From positions 1 to 63,999 of the IMG/VR virus record IMGVR_UViG_3300037882_001089: a stretch of DNA of 63,999 nt. One strand, 5' to 3'. This document shows positions 46,528 to 56,737 of this stretch, piece after piece. This DNA comes from a virus (Duplodnaviria > Caudoviricetes). The notes beneath the pieces are model-generated. The model did not search any database. It was given only the letters and a program-made list of their open reading frames with translations, and was not told the origin of the DNA. How positions within the stretch are numbered: the first letter of the stretch is position 1; each line of letters starts with the position of its first letter. The translations under genes and the position numbers were made by a program.

Positions 46528-47787
46528 TTAATTTAATTTCTTATAGTTTAAAAAATAGTCCGTATGACTAATTTCATTTTCAAATTTAGGGATAACTTGA
46601 ATAGAATATCCAGAATAACAATCCCCAAAATTATGCTGTACCCAACTTGATGGAGGCGCAAAACTCATGAAATTACGATAATCAAAAGTATTGCATTTGT
46701 TATATCCTATTTGATGTAAATCACCTTTTTCTACATGAATGTATTTTGATTCAATATTGTAAAATCTTATATAATCGTTAATGTAATTAATCGTTTTATC
46801 ATCTAATTTTAGAGGTAATCCTTTAAACATTTGTTTTGTGTCTTTTCCATGAGTTAATATGAAACAATGCTCTCCATAAACTCTATGTTCTAAAAAACCA
46901 GTTAATGTTTCAACCTCAATAATATCAGTAGAATAAATTATGTTTATAATCTTCTTTACTGCTAAATTTATAGTATGTCCAAAATCACCTGAATGGTTAT
47001 CGTTTGTTACTTTTCGTAAAATTATTTTATTAGCTATGTCATTTTCTACTAATGACTTAATCATTTTCACTTTAACATCAATGCACGTTTCAAAAACTTC
47101 TGCATTAGTCATATTTTGTGATAGTTCGTGTCCTCCTCTTGTTGTTAATCCATTCCAACCATCTTGTTCATCACCTAAATTATCTAGTAAAAGCAAATCA
47201 AATTTCCCATGAGTATTAAATTCCTTTACAACACTTGTAAATACTTTTTCGTATGAATTAGAGTATATTTCTGCGCTATATTCATATTTAAAAAGTCCGT
47301 TATTATTTGGATTTGGTTCTAATCCTACGTGGTCGTCCGAAATGGTCACTTTAATAGCTTTTAAGTTGCCTTCGTGTTGATTAGGATAAAATATATAATT
47401 TTTATTATTAAATTTGTTCAAAACATTTTCAATAGCAATTTCAATATTTTGAATTATATTCTTTTGTTCTTCTAAAACATAATCAGGATTTTTAATAAAA
47501 GCATTGCCTAATTTTTTACCATTTTCATCTCTGAACTCGTGCCATAAATGTTTTACACTTGTATAAGGTACGTCTATTTTATTAGCTGAATTAAAAATCC
47601 CTTCGTGAGTATCTGTTATTCTTTTTTCATTTCGCCTTATATATTCTCCTAATGCTTTTACATCAGGATTAGAATGACCTCCTTTATCGGATTTTAAAAG
47701 GAATCTTGCTATTCCGTTGTAATCTAAATCTTTATTTAGATTTTCCAATATTTGGCTATCTAAATAACTCCACTTTGATTTACTCAT
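46528..47787 (-). CDS. calcineurin-like metallophosphoesterase
   Basis: SDDHVG, NLGD, NDNH, THG and GDLH motifs. Confidence 0.75.
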   Translation of the reverse strand: MSKSKWSYLDSQILENLNKDLDYNGIARFLLKSDKGGHSNPDVKALGEYIRRNEKRITDTHEGIFNSANKIDVPYTSVKHLWHEFRDENGKKLGNAFIKNPDYVLEEQKNIIQNIEIAIENVLNKFNNKNYIFYPNQHEGNLKAIKVTISDDHVGLEPNPNNNGLFKYEYSAEIYSNSYEKVFTSVVKEFNTHGKFDLLLLDNLGDEQDGWNGLTTRGGHELSQNMTNAEVFETCIDVKVKMIKSLVENDIANKIILRKVTNDNHSGDFGHTINLAVKKIINIIYSTDIIEVETLTGFLEHRVYGEHCFILTHGKDTKQMFKGLPLKLDDKTINYINDYIRFYNIESKYIHVEKGDLHQIGYNKCNTFDYRNFMSFAPPSSWVQHNFGDCYSGYSIQVIPKFENEISHTDYFLNYKKLN

Positions 47788-47814
47788 AATTGATTTGATT
47801 TAATTAGATTTAAT

Positions 47815-48042
47815 TTAAGTTATTTCTAAAACTTCACTTCTTTTGTACTCTATTACTTCTCTGATAATAGCGCAATCCTCGTACATTTCTTCATCGAGGA
47901 AAACTCTTAAATGAGATTCTAAATCTTGCATACTCTCTCGGTAACACCAAATAGCAAATTCTCGCTCATCGTAGAATTGTTCCCTATACCATATAGGGTT
48001 AAACATATCTTCATAGGCTTTGGCGAGTCTTGACATTATCAT
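47815..48042 (-). CDS. small protein with a UVR-like motif
   Basis: EEMYEDCAIIRE. Confidence 0.45.
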   Translation of the reverse strand: MIMSRLAKAYEDMFNPIWYREQFYDEREFAIWCYRESMQDLESHLRVFLDEEMYEDCAIIREVIEYKRSEVLEIT

Positions 48043-48632
48043 TTAATTAATAGTTTTGCTTTCCATTTATTAACGCATTTTTTACGATGTTCGTATCCAT
48101 TAGCATCACATTTTTTTTGAGTTACTCTTCCAATGTTAATAATATCGCTAATAGAATCTAAATCATCTTTATCAGCATATTGGTTTAATTTATTGTTCTT
48201 CCAATATTCTAATGCTGAGATTATTGAATTTGCTTCTTCTAATATTAAGTCGGGATTTCCTACAAAATCTATTTTAGTATCTTTTGATAGTTTTAAATAT
48301 CCGTTTCTAAAAGTTTGCTGTATAAGACCTCCACCCCTAAAAAAATAACCGTCGCCACTTGCTTCATCTCCATTACCACCTCTGTTTGCATAAACATAAT
48401 TAGCGCATTTAATAGGGTTTTTTAAGTATTGCGAAACAAACTCATTTGATTTACCTTTAAATGGTGTGTAGAAAGTATCTCGTAAACTTTTAATAGTTTT
48501 ATAGTATAATCCTTCACGAACAGATTTTAATCCGCTTTCCGCATCTATTTGCCCCATAAAATGAGCTATTCGTAAAGGAGTATTTACGTAATAACCATTG
48601 AATAACGTCTTGTATTTTTCGTATAACTCCAT
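48039..48632 (-). CDS. GH19-family endolysin
   Basis: RIAHFMGQIDAESG, ANYVYANRGGNGDEASGDGYFFRGGGLIQQT, IIN...NGYEHR. Confidence 0.9.
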   Translation of the reverse strand: MELYEKYKTLFNGYYVNTPLRIAHFMGQIDAESGLKSVREGLYYKTIKSLRDTFYTPFKGKSNEFVSQYLKNPIKCANYVYANRGGNGDEASGDGYFFRGGGLIQQTFRNGYLKLSKDTKIDFVGNPDLILEEANSIISALEYWKNNKLNQYADKDDLDSISDIINIGRVTQKKCDANGYEHRKKCVNKWKAKLLIK

Positions 48633-48835
48633 TATTCTTTACCTTTATTTTTCTCCATTAAATACCAACGTCTAATTAAATAAGATACATATATTAGCAT
48701 ACCTAAAAATTTACCTCCTTCGGAAATATCCGTTAAGTCGTATGCAGTAAAAAATCCTAAACTAATTAAAGAAAATTTTGTATCTAAAATTAGATTTAAC
48801 TTATGGAAAATTGTATGAACCATATTATTCTTCAT
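48632..48835 (-). CDS. putative holin
   Basis: Small hydrophobic ORF overlapping the endolysin start. Confidence 0.5.
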   Translation of the reverse strand: MKNNMVHTIFHKLNLILDTKFSLISLGFFTAYDLTDISEGGKFLGMLIYVSYLIRRWYLMEKNKGKE

Positions 48836-49070
48836 CTTTATTAGAATTATTAATTTTTTTAGAAGCAGTATCTAAAATCCATTTTACATCTTTAAATATA
48901 AGCGCAACTGATAAAACTAATACAAATAACTCCACAAGTGGGTTTTCTATTTGATTATTTAAGTATTTATACAATTGATAGCCCAAAGCAATTCTCCCTA
49001 TCCATGTGATGATAAGTCCCGAAAACTGCTTACTATTAATATAACTAAGTATTCTATTTTTAATGCTCAT
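48825..49070 (-). CDS. putative holin/antiholin
   Basis: Two hydrophobic segments and a charged tail. Confidence 0.5.
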   Translation of the reverse strand: MSIKNRILSYINSKQFSGLIITWIGRIALGYQLYKYLNNQIENPLVELFVLVLSVALIFKDVKWILDTASKKINNSNKDEE

Positions 49071-49083
49071 AAGTAGTGGTATT

Positions 49084-49401
49084 TTATATGTTATTATTTA
49101 TTGATTTTTTACAATGTTCTTTATCTATTTTGTCTAATATCCAACAAAGACTTTTTCCTATTTTTGAAAGAGTTTTATCTCTTTGATTCTTACCCAACAC
49201 GCTTGATATTGTTTCTAACTGCCCGAACTTATATCCATCTTTTGTTATAAGAGTTTTATTCCAAAGTGTTCTAAATTCTCTATTAGCAAAAATATCTATG
49301 TTTACAGCGGTGCTTCTGAAATACCCTTTCTTAAAAACTACAAAATAATTGATTATAGTCAATGGTAGAAGCAGTATATATGCTATTAAAAATAAAACCA
49401 T
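49084..49401 (-). CDS. conserved phage membrane protein
   Basis: DIFAN...FGQLETISSVLGKN...ILDKIDKEHCKKSI. Confidence 0.6.
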   Translation of the reverse strand: MVLFLIAYILLLPLTIINYFVVFKKGYFRSTAVNIDIFANREFRTLWNKTLITKDGYKFGQLETISSVLGKNQRDKTLSKIGKSLCWILDKIDKEHCKKSINNNI

Positions 49402-49790
49402 TATTCCCAGTCAGTATAAAGAGTTCCATAATTCTGTCCACTTTCAGATTGAATTTGTAAATCTGTAAATTCATTCATTCTTTGTAATAATGCTTCCATT
49501 AAACTAATAGTATCTAGTGGTTGTAATATCATTTCAATTGCTGAAATTATATCCCAAGTAAAAAACTCTGAAAATTTATCTAATACGATAATTTCTTCTT
49601 GTTCATCCTTGTAATAGTAGAATCCATTTACCGTAATATTTGCTTCATTAATTATTAACTCAACAACCTTTAGGTAAATAATAAATTCTACAATTGGCTT
49701 GCCTCTTTTGTCTAAAATTGGAAATGGCGTTTTAGTTTGTTTTGTTATCATCTTTTTAATTATTAAATTCCACCATCTGTTATTGTCCAA
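49401..49790 (-). CDS. hypothetical protein (possible fibre chaperone)
   Basis: Follows the DUF285 gene; the real start is probably the later ATG (MITKQ). Confidence 0.5.
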   Translation of the reverse strand: MDNNRWWNLIIKKMITKQTKTPFPILDKRGKPIVEFIIYLKVVELIINEANITVNGFYYYKDEQEEIIVLDKFSEFFTWDIISAIEMILQPLDTISLMEALLQRMNEFTDLQIQSESGQNYGTLYTDWE

Positions 49791-51262
49791 TTATTTGGAG
49801 CACCTGTTAATATTGCTCTTCCTGCTGTAGAAGCTGCTGTTCTTTTTGCTGTACCAAATGTTATTACAATGCTCGGTTTAACACTTGGTAATGCTGACCA
49901 TCCATTATAAATAGCATCTAAATTTGTTGTAGAAAATGTTGCTGGAGTTTTACCTGACATAAAAAATGAAAAATTAAGTACATTTCTAACGTCCCACGCC
50001 CCAATGTTTTGATTAAATGCTGTTGCGTTTTGGAACATTTGCGCCATATTTGTTGCTGAAATTGTATTCCATGAACCAATTGTAGAGCTGCTACCATTGT
50101 TAAAAGCGGATGCCCCTAAGAACATTAATGTAAAGTTTGTTACATTAGTTGTAATAAATGAACCTATGTTTTGATTGAACGCTGTATTAGATAAGAACAT
50201 TGCGCTCATATCTGTACAATTAGTAGTATTCCAACTACTTAGTGACTGATTGAATGGACACGCTCTAAACATCCCATTCATTTTTGTAATTCTATTTACA
50301 TTCCAAGTATTTACAGGTTGATTAAAAGATGAGGCGTTAAAGAACATATTACCACAATCAATGCTACCTGTAGATTTGAAAACCCAATTTCCAATAGCAG
50401 AACTTCCTCCATTGTTAAATGCAGTAGCTCCATTAAACATGTTAACAAAATTTATTACATTTCCAATATTCCAAGTTCCAATGTTTTGATTAAATGCTGT
50501 TGCACCAATAAACATGAAACTCATTGATGTTACATTAGAGGTGTTCCAATTACCAATAGGTTGATTAAATGATGGTGCTGATTGGAAAACATTTTCCATA
50601 TTAGTAACACTAATTGTATTCCAATTATTTATTGTGTTAGAACCACCATTATTGAAAGCTGTACAACTTGCAAATAAAGAACCCATTGTTGTTACATTTC
50701 CAACATTCCAAGCTCCAATATTTGAATTAAATAAAGTACTTGATGTAAAAACAGCGTTCATAGAATTAATTACAGAAGTATTCCACTCGTTAATTCTATT
50801 TATTGTAGTAATAGCATTACACGCTCTAAATGCTGAAGTGAAATTTGTTGTTACAGATAAGTCTAATACATCTTTAACAGTTGTTAATGTTAAATTATTA
50901 CACCCATAGAAGTAACTACCTTCATTTGTACCTAATCTTAATGCACCCCATTCTGTAATCGTAAGTATTTTTAATCTATCTCCTGAGTTTACAAATGCAA
51001 ATCCTGTACAAACTCCTTTTATTTTAATAGTGTAAGTACCTGCTACAGCATATGTGTGAGTTACTGCCACTTGATTCCAAGTAGTAATTACAGAAGAACT
51101 ACCATCACCCCAATCAACTGTCATATTGTATGTACCTGTTGAAATTAATGGTAATTTTACTTGCGTAGAAGTACTTGAACCCGCAGATGTATTAGAGGTA
51201 TTCCACGTAGAAACAAACTGTTTACGTGTTTTTCCATATTCATAAAATAAAACTGGATTCAT
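49763..51262 (-). CDS. BspA/DUF285 repeat protein with a PKD-like N-terminus
   Basis: VDWGDG, then repeated WNTSNVTSMSFMF.GATAFNQNIG units. Confidence 0.88.
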   Translation of the reverse strand: MNPVLFYEYGKTRKQFVSTWNTSNTSAGSSTSTQVKLPLISTGTYNMTVDWGDGSSSVITTWNQVAVTHTYAVAGTYTIKIKGVCTGFAFVNSGDRLKILTITEWGALRLGTNEGSYFYGCNNLTLTTVKDVLDLSVTTNFTSAFRACNAITTINRINEWNTSVINSMNAVFTSSTLFNSNIGAWNVGNVTTMGSLFASCTAFNNGGSNTINNWNTISVTNMENVFQSAPSFNQPIGNWNTSNVTSMSFMFIGATAFNQNIGTWNIGNVINFVNMFNGATAFNNGGSSAIGNWVFKSTGSIDCGNMFFNASSFNQPVNTWNVNRITKMNGMFRACPFNQSLSSWNTTNCTDMSAMFLSNTAFNQNIGSFITTNVTNFTLMFLGASAFNNGSSSTIGSWNTISATNMAQMFQNATAFNQNIGAWDVRNVLNFSFFMSGKTPATFSTTNLDAIYNGWSALPSVKPSIVITFGTAKRTAASTAGRAILTGAPNNWTITDGGI

Positions 51263-51264
51263 AA

Positions 51265-52560
51265 CTACGCATTTGAAATTCTTAAATAATCTGTTGTTCC
51301 TACTGAAGAAATAGTTGCTGTACTACCAACTGCTCCATTTAAAACTGCTGTTCCGTCCACTTGTATTAAAGTTCTACCTGAACCTTGTAAAAAGGTTATT
51401 GATGATGCTCCATGTTTTACATAAGACGCAACAAATCCATCAGTTGCATTTACTGTGTAATTTATAGCTGTAGCTCCATTTGCTATTACTACATTTCTAC
51501 CTTTTTGACTAATTCCACCAGACGTTGTTGTGGTATCTATTGAAACGGCAGTTATGATAGTAATTTGAGGAGTATCTAGTTTATCTAATTCAGCTTGTGT
51601 AGCTGTAGATATAGGTTTATCTAAATCACTTGTATTATCAACATTACCTAATCCAACTTGTGATTTTGTAACATTATGAGGGTTAGCGAAATTTGTTAAA
51701 TGACTTAATAAATTTGCTCCATTTGTAGAAACCCAATTATAAGCCGAATCATAGTTACTTTTCAATGCTATTGTAAAAGCTTCAGTAATTAAATCTAAAG
51801 TACTTTTATTTGAATGTGTATGCGAATCATTAACAGCATTTGTAGTATCTAAATTAGGCACATTTGATAGACCTATATCGCTTTTAGTAGTTCCATGCGG
51901 ATTTGTACCATCGTCTAAAGTTAATTCAGAGTGGTTTTCTATAAATGTGTTTGGTAAATTATCAAACTTATCTTTTTCAATTTGAGTTAAATGAATATAA
52001 TCCCCATCATTTAATCCTTGAAGATTATTATGGATAGTTTCTCCTTCTGATTTTAGATTAAAAACTGTATAACTTAATATATGTTGTAAAACTTTATTTT
52101 CGGGGAAGAATACCTCTGAAACATTTAATTTATAGTAGTTTGAAAATACTTCAATAGATGTAATTCTAAAAAAGAAAACAGAATTTAGGTTTACGTCTTG
52201 TTTTTGGGAAATGATTACATCGAAAGGATTTGTTGCCGAAATACTATCTATAAACTCAGTAACGTCTTTTTTCTTATTAGTTAGTTTTGAAAATATAAAA
52301 TGAGTGATATTATTTGGGTCAATCTCATTATCATTAGAATAGAAATAACCGTTTTTAGGAGTAGGACTTGGAGCAATATGATTATAGAAATTGTAATCAA
52401 AATTTCTAACTCCATTTGTAATATTAAAATGCCCTGACAAATCCTCTACTTTAAAACTAACTGTTTTATTAGCATTATCAACATCAGTTCCTACTAAATA
52501 ATCTAAACCGTTTATTTCAGTATCAGGTATATAAACTATTTGATTAGATATTTTTGTCAT
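51265..52560 (-). CDS. tail fibre-like protein
   Basis: NPHGTTKSDIGL and NPHNVTKSQVGLGNVDNTSDLDKPIS repeats. Confidence 0.7.
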   Translation of the reverse strand: MTKISNQIVYIPDTEINGLDYLVGTDVDNANKTVSFKVEDLSGHFNITNGVRNFDYNFYNHIAPSPTPKNGYFYSNDNEIDPNNITHFIFSKLTNKKKDVTEFIDSISATNPFDVIISQKQDVNLNSVFFFRITSIEVFSNYYKLNVSEVFFPENKVLQHILSYTVFNLKSEGETIHNNLQGLNDGDYIHLTQIEKDKFDNLPNTFIENHSELTLDDGTNPHGTTKSDIGLSNVPNLDTTNAVNDSHTHSNKSTLDLITEAFTIALKSNYDSAYNWVSTNGANLLSHLTNFANPHNVTKSQVGLGNVDNTSDLDKPISTATQAELDKLDTPQITIITAVSIDTTTTSGGISQKGRNVVIANGATAINYTVNATDGFVASYVKHGASSITFLQGSGRTLIQVDGTAVLNGAVGSTATISSVGTTDYLRISNA

Positions 52561-52579
52561 TTAATGCGTAATTAAAATT

Positions 52580-53125
52580 TTAGATAATTGTAGTTATTGA
52601 TTGACTTACCCAACCAGTTGCGGTTTTTAAATACACCAAATCTCCTAAAATAATACTCTCGCAGAAAACTCTAAATCCAATTTCAGCATCAGGATAAGCA
52701 GAATTTAAGTTAGCAACGGTTAAAGCTACTGTTGTAGCATTAGAAACCGCCCCTCTATTATCTACATAAGTAACATCTGCTTTTAACTCATCAGATAAAA
52801 TTATTGGATTATCGGGGTCTGTGTTATCTAAATTTACTCCCGTTACTGATTGTATTCCTAAATTTAAAGTAGGAACAAGTGGCGAAATTAACGCTGATAG
52901 TAAATCATACGCATCTAATAAATCTGTCGGAGCAACGCCATCTATTAATCCAAAATCATTAAACTGGAAATGTTTTACAAAACGACCTGCTTCTTTTAGA
53001 TGTAGGGTTACTCCTAATTCAATGCTTGGTATTTTAAATGTAAATATTTGAGGCTCGTAAACTCCTGATTCTGTATCTAAAGTAACAATTAATTGATTGC
53101 TAACTACCGTAAAATCGTATGCCAT
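52580..53125 (-). CDS. hypothetical virion-associated protein
   Basis: First gene after the late promoter. Confidence 0.55.
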   Translation of the reverse strand: MAYDFTVVSNQLIVTLDTESGVYEPQIFTFKIPSIELGVTLHLKEAGRFVKHFQFNDFGLIDGVAPTDLLDAYDLLSALISPLVPTLNLGIQSVTGVNLDNTDPDNPIILSDELKADVTYVDNRGAVSNATTVALTVANLNSAYPDAEIGFRVFCESIILGDLVYLKTATGWVSQSITTII

Positions 53126-53154
53126 AATATATTATATTAATCATTTGATACTGA

Positions 53155-53181
53155 CAAAGATAAAAAATAAACGACAACAAA
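53155..53181 (-). promoter_or_regulatory. putative late promoter (copy 2)
   Basis: Identical 27-mer to 26373-26399. Confidence 0.7.
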
Positions 53182-53242
53182 TACCTTTTTAATAAGGATA
53201 ATTTTTACATTTGTGATACAAATTAATTTAATTAAATATTTT

Positions 53243-54832
53243 ATGGATAATTCTATTATTAGGGAGATTATTTCTGATGAGTATATGAAAAATAGATTTC
53301 TTTCTGCACTTGAAAAAGCTGAGAAAGTTGTAGGAGATACAGTTGGTTTTAGGGGAGGGTTTAATGTTATTGAAAAGTTTGGTGGAATGCCTGACTTAAC
53401 AAAAGATGGTTGGTCGTGCTTAAAAGAGCTTTATTTTGATGACCCCGTTGAAGCACTTGCTTTAGAGATTGTAAAAGAAGCTACCAAGAAAACGTTTGAA
53501 AATGTAGGAGATAATACTTCATCGACTACAATATTAGTTTACTCATTTTTTAAAAACTCCTTACTTGCATTAAAAAACGGAAAGTCATCTATTGATATTC
53601 AAAGAGAGTTAGAAGAATCAGTAAACAAAATTGTTAATTATATAGATGAAATTTCAATTCCTGTTACAGATAAACTACTTTATGATGTAGCAAGAACTTC
53701 CGCTAATGACGACCATAATATTGCGAAAATAGTTTCGGAGGCTTTTGAAAAAGCTGGAGAGTTTGGTATTGTTTCCCATAAAAGAAGTATGACTGATGAA
53801 ACATTTATTGAACACGTAGAAGGTAATCCTATTGAAAGCGGATATACTCATGATTCATTTATTAATGTTCCCGAAACTCAAAGTGTTATTTTTGATAATC
53901 CATTAGTTTTGGTATCAATGATTAACTTCCAAACTGCTAACGAGATTATCCCTTTCTTGGAATACGCAAGTAAAGAAGCAAAACCACTTGTAATTATTTC
54001 AGAAATGAGCCACGATATTAAATCATTAATAGTTACCAACGTACAAAATCATAATTACCCATTCTGTATTGTTAAACCTCCATACTTAGGGAAGAAAGGT
54101 CGTGAAACAATGTTAGATTTGGCATTAATTTTAGAGTGTCAATTATTAGAGGGCATTTCTCGTGTAAACTACGAAGGAAAAGAAGAATTATACTTAGGTT
54201 CTTGTCAAAGAATGGAAGTTGGGAAAAAATATTCTACCATAATTCCTAACTCAAAAGACAACGAAAAAGTATTAGGTAAAATTGCTGAACTTAACTCACA
54301 AATCAAACATCTTAAAAAAGATTTTGAGAAAAACTACTTACGTGAAAGAATAGCCAAGTTATCAGGAGGTATTTCTACTATTATGGTAGGAGGGGTAACC
54401 CCAAGTGAAACAGAAGAAAGATTAGCTCGTGTAGATGATGCGGTTTGTGCTGTTCGTTCCGCAAAAGAAGAAGGGGTTGTTGCGGGTGGAGGAACTGCTT
54501 TAGTAAGTGCATTAGATTTGAAGTTAGACGAAATTACAAGAAAATCTATTTCCGCTCCATATTTGAAAATTCTTTCTAACGCTCACATAGACGTATCAAT
54601 TCCTTTTTGGACTCATTTAAGAGATGCTTTAAAAGGTAGAAAGAGTAAGGAGTTTTACGCAGAACAATATCCTATGGGATATAACGTTAAAACTTATGAA
54701 GTAGTAAACTTATTAGATTCAGGAATAGTAGATACCGCAAAAGGAGTAAAAAACTCTTTAATCAATGCTGTTTCCGCTTCAAATAATCTACTAAGAACAA
54801 ATAATTGTATAACCTTTAAAAGACATAACTAA
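53243..54832 (+). CDS. groL: phage chaperonin GroEL
   Basis: TKDG, RERIAKLSGGI, RVDDAVCAVRSAKEEGVVAGGG; TACATTTG promoter element at 53206-53213. Confidence 0.93.
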   Translation: MDNSIIREIISDEYMKNRFLSALEKAEKVVGDTVGFRGGFNVIEKFGGMPDLTKDGWSCLKELYFDDPVEALALEIVKEATKKTFENVGDNTSSTTILVYSFFKNSLLALKNGKSSIDIQRELEESVNKIVNYIDEISIPVTDKLLYDVARTSANDDHNIAKIVSEAFEKAGEFGIVSHKRSMTDETFIEHVEGNPIESGYTHDSFINVPETQSVIFDNPLVLVSMINFQTANEIIPFLEYASKEAKPLVIISEMSHDIKSLIVTNVQNHNYPFCIVKPPYLGKKGRETMLDLALILECQLLEGISRVNYEGKEELYLGSCQRMEVGKKYSTIIPNSKDNEKVLGKIAELNSQIKHLKKDFEKNYLRERIAKLSGGISTIMVGGVTPSETEERLARVDDAVCAVRSAKEEGVVAGGGTALVSALDLKLDEITRKSISAPYLKILSNAHIDVSIPFWTHLRDALKGRKSKEFYAEQYPMGYNVKTYEVVNLLDSGIVDTAKGVKNSLINAVSASNNLLRTNNCITFKRHN

Positions 54833-55128
54833 TGGAAAATAAATTTAAAGGTCAAGCATTAAATCTAATTATAGTAGTAAAAGAGCTATTGGTAGAGAAC
54901 AAAACTACTAACGGAATAGATTTAAGCGGAATAGTAGATGTAAACGAAAAACAGAAAACTGGAGAGATAGTTTCTGTGGGATTAGATTGTCCGAAGAAAT
55001 CGGACGGAACACAAGCGTTGTCAATCGGTCAAGAAATAGTTTACGATAAATACAAAACTACTAAATTCACACAAGATGGAGTTGAGTACACAATGGTAGA
55101 TTATCGAGATTGTTGCTTGTTATACTAA
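54832..55128 (+). CDS. groS: co-chaperonin GroES
   Basis: KTTNGIDL...TGEIVSVG...GQEIVYDKY...DGVEY. Confidence 0.85.
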   Translation: MENKFKGQALNLIIVVKELLVENKTTNGIDLSGIVDVNEKQKTGEIVSVGLDCPKKSDGTQALSIGQEIVYDKYKTTKFTQDGVEYTMVDYRDCCLLY

Positions 55129-55135
55129 AAAATTA

Positions 55136-55162
55136 ACCCTCGTTATTAGCGAGGGTTTTTTA
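55136..55162. terminator. bidirectional terminator
   Basis: AACCCTCG-ttattag-CGAGGGTTTTTT. Confidence 0.8.
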
Positions 55163-55417
55163 TTATTCATAATAACATTCTAATATTTTTATCCATTTAG
55201 TTTCTAAATTAAAACTTTCAATTACTTGTTCTTTAGTGTGTACATATTTTAACGGTAAATATTTTCTTTCGGATTGTCTTAAAATATCTTTTTTATATGT
55301 ATTGTTTAAATCAAATATTTTAGTTTCATTTACTCCTATACAATGGTTTTCATCATAAAATATTTTAAATCTATGACCTCTTTCCCATAAATCTAATAAA
55401 TAAGTTAAGCAATTCAT
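55163..55417 (-). CDS. hypothetical protein
   Basis: ORF. Confidence 0.55.
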   Translation of the reverse strand: MNCLTYLLDLWERGHRFKIFYDENHCIGVNETKIFDLNNTYKKDILRQSERKYLPLKYVHTKEQVIESFNLETKWIKILECYYE

Positions 55418-55418
55418 G

Positions 55419-56198
55419 TTATTCGTCTTTAATGTCTTGAATAGATTGTTGTTTTTTATCTCCTACTAAATATGCTTCAATCTCTCGATTCATTTCCTCT
55501 AAAAACACTAATGTTTCTTTAGGGCATAGTTTTAATTCAGGTTGTTTAGTTTTGAATTTATTTAGTTTTGCTAAATACACGTAAATATCGGAAATTAACC
55601 TATTACATTTTCTACTTACCTTAAATAAATTAGTAGTGTATTCAGTTTTTATGCCTTTAGCGTCAGTTCTATATCCTTGTATTGGTGTAATATATCCTTC
55701 CGCTTTAAATCTTTTGAAATATCCGTTAGAAGTATTAGCTACCATAATACAAGCGTTATTAAATCTATCTACGTTAAAAACTGCATTATCGTTAAGCAAA
55801 AATAACACCTCTAAGTCTAATCTACTAATCCCAAATTTTGTAGTATAGAAATTAATAACAACACCTGAATATTTCATAAAGTTAAAATGTCTTTCAAATA
55901 CTTCAACTTCAAGTCTATTAGCTTCTTTTATTTGTTTTGCGCGCTTTACTTTATTTTCCTTACGTGACCAAATAGAAACTTTTTTAGTCTTTAAAAACCT
56001 TTCAATTTGTTCTTCACTAAGTAGTTTCTTTCCTCGAACTCTATTCTCCCAAGCCTTTAAAGATTCTCCTTCTTTAACTTTTCTCATTCGGGCATTACGC
56101 TCCTTTTGTTGGTTGGATAATTTAGTTTTAGCATTTTTTCTAGGAGTTTTCTTCTTACGTTTCATTCCCCAAAGACGTTTCTTTTTATTTTCTTCCAT
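55419..56198 (-). CDS. basic protein with a possible winged-helix C-terminal half
   Basis: K/R-rich N-terminus; GISRLDLEVLFLL...FKRFKAEGYI...LFKVSRK. Confidence 0.5.
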   Translation of the reverse strand: MEENKKKRLWGMKRKKKTPRKNAKTKLSNQQKERNARMRKVKEGESLKAWENRVRGKKLLSEEQIERFLKTKKVSIWSRKENKVKRAKQIKEANRLEVEVFERHFNFMKYSGVVINFYTTKFGISRLDLEVLFLLNDNAVFNVDRFNNACIMVANTSNGYFKRFKAEGYITPIQGYRTDAKGIKTEYTTNLFKVSRKCNRLISDIYVYLAKLNKFKTKQPELKLCPKETLVFLEEMNREIEAYLVGDKKQQSIQDIKDE

Positions 56199-56482
56199 TT
56201 AATTAGATTTAAAAAAAACTTGGTTTACTTTGAACTCCAAGAAAGTCAGCAATATCTTAAATTGTAGGCATCATGAAAAACTACCTTAACTAACCTACTT
56301 TGAATCACTCTTTAAGACAATCAACTATTTATGCAGAAATAGACCTTTCTATAAGTTAAGGCTTCGTTTTATAATGTTTCGTTGCACGGTATTTACTCGT
56401 TCAGAGTTTATACCTCTCAATTCGTAAAACTTCTGAATACGTGCTATTCTTTGTCTTGGACTTTGTTTAGATTTTGTCATAA

Positions 56483-56734
56483 CTAATTATCCTCAAAATT
56501 TTTTCTAAGAATCGTATCAATTTTATTACTCATATCAGTAAAATAAGTAGTTTTTTGGACGGTTGTTGTGTGAGCTAAAGTATTCGTTAGTTCTTCGCAA
56601 AAACCAGTTAAATCTTCTTTATACTTCTTCATTATTGGAGTATCAGGTTCTAAATCATCTAAATTATCTAACAATAACATACTGAGTGTTGCTAATTTGT
56701 GCATTAGCACTTTTTTTCTTTTAGAATTAATCAT
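56483..56734 (-). CDS. hypothetical protein
   Basis: ORF in the leftward operon. Confidence 0.55.
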   Translation of the reverse strand: MINSKRKKVLMHKLATLSMLLLDNLDDLEPDTPIMKKYKEDLTGFCEELTNTLAHTTTVQKTTYFTDMSNKIDTILRKNFEDN

Positions 56735-56737
56735 AAT

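Noticed and set aside
49763-51262. Diversity-generating retroelement target
   Set aside because: No reverse transcriptase or template/variable repeat pair was seen; the repeats are ordinary DUF285 units.
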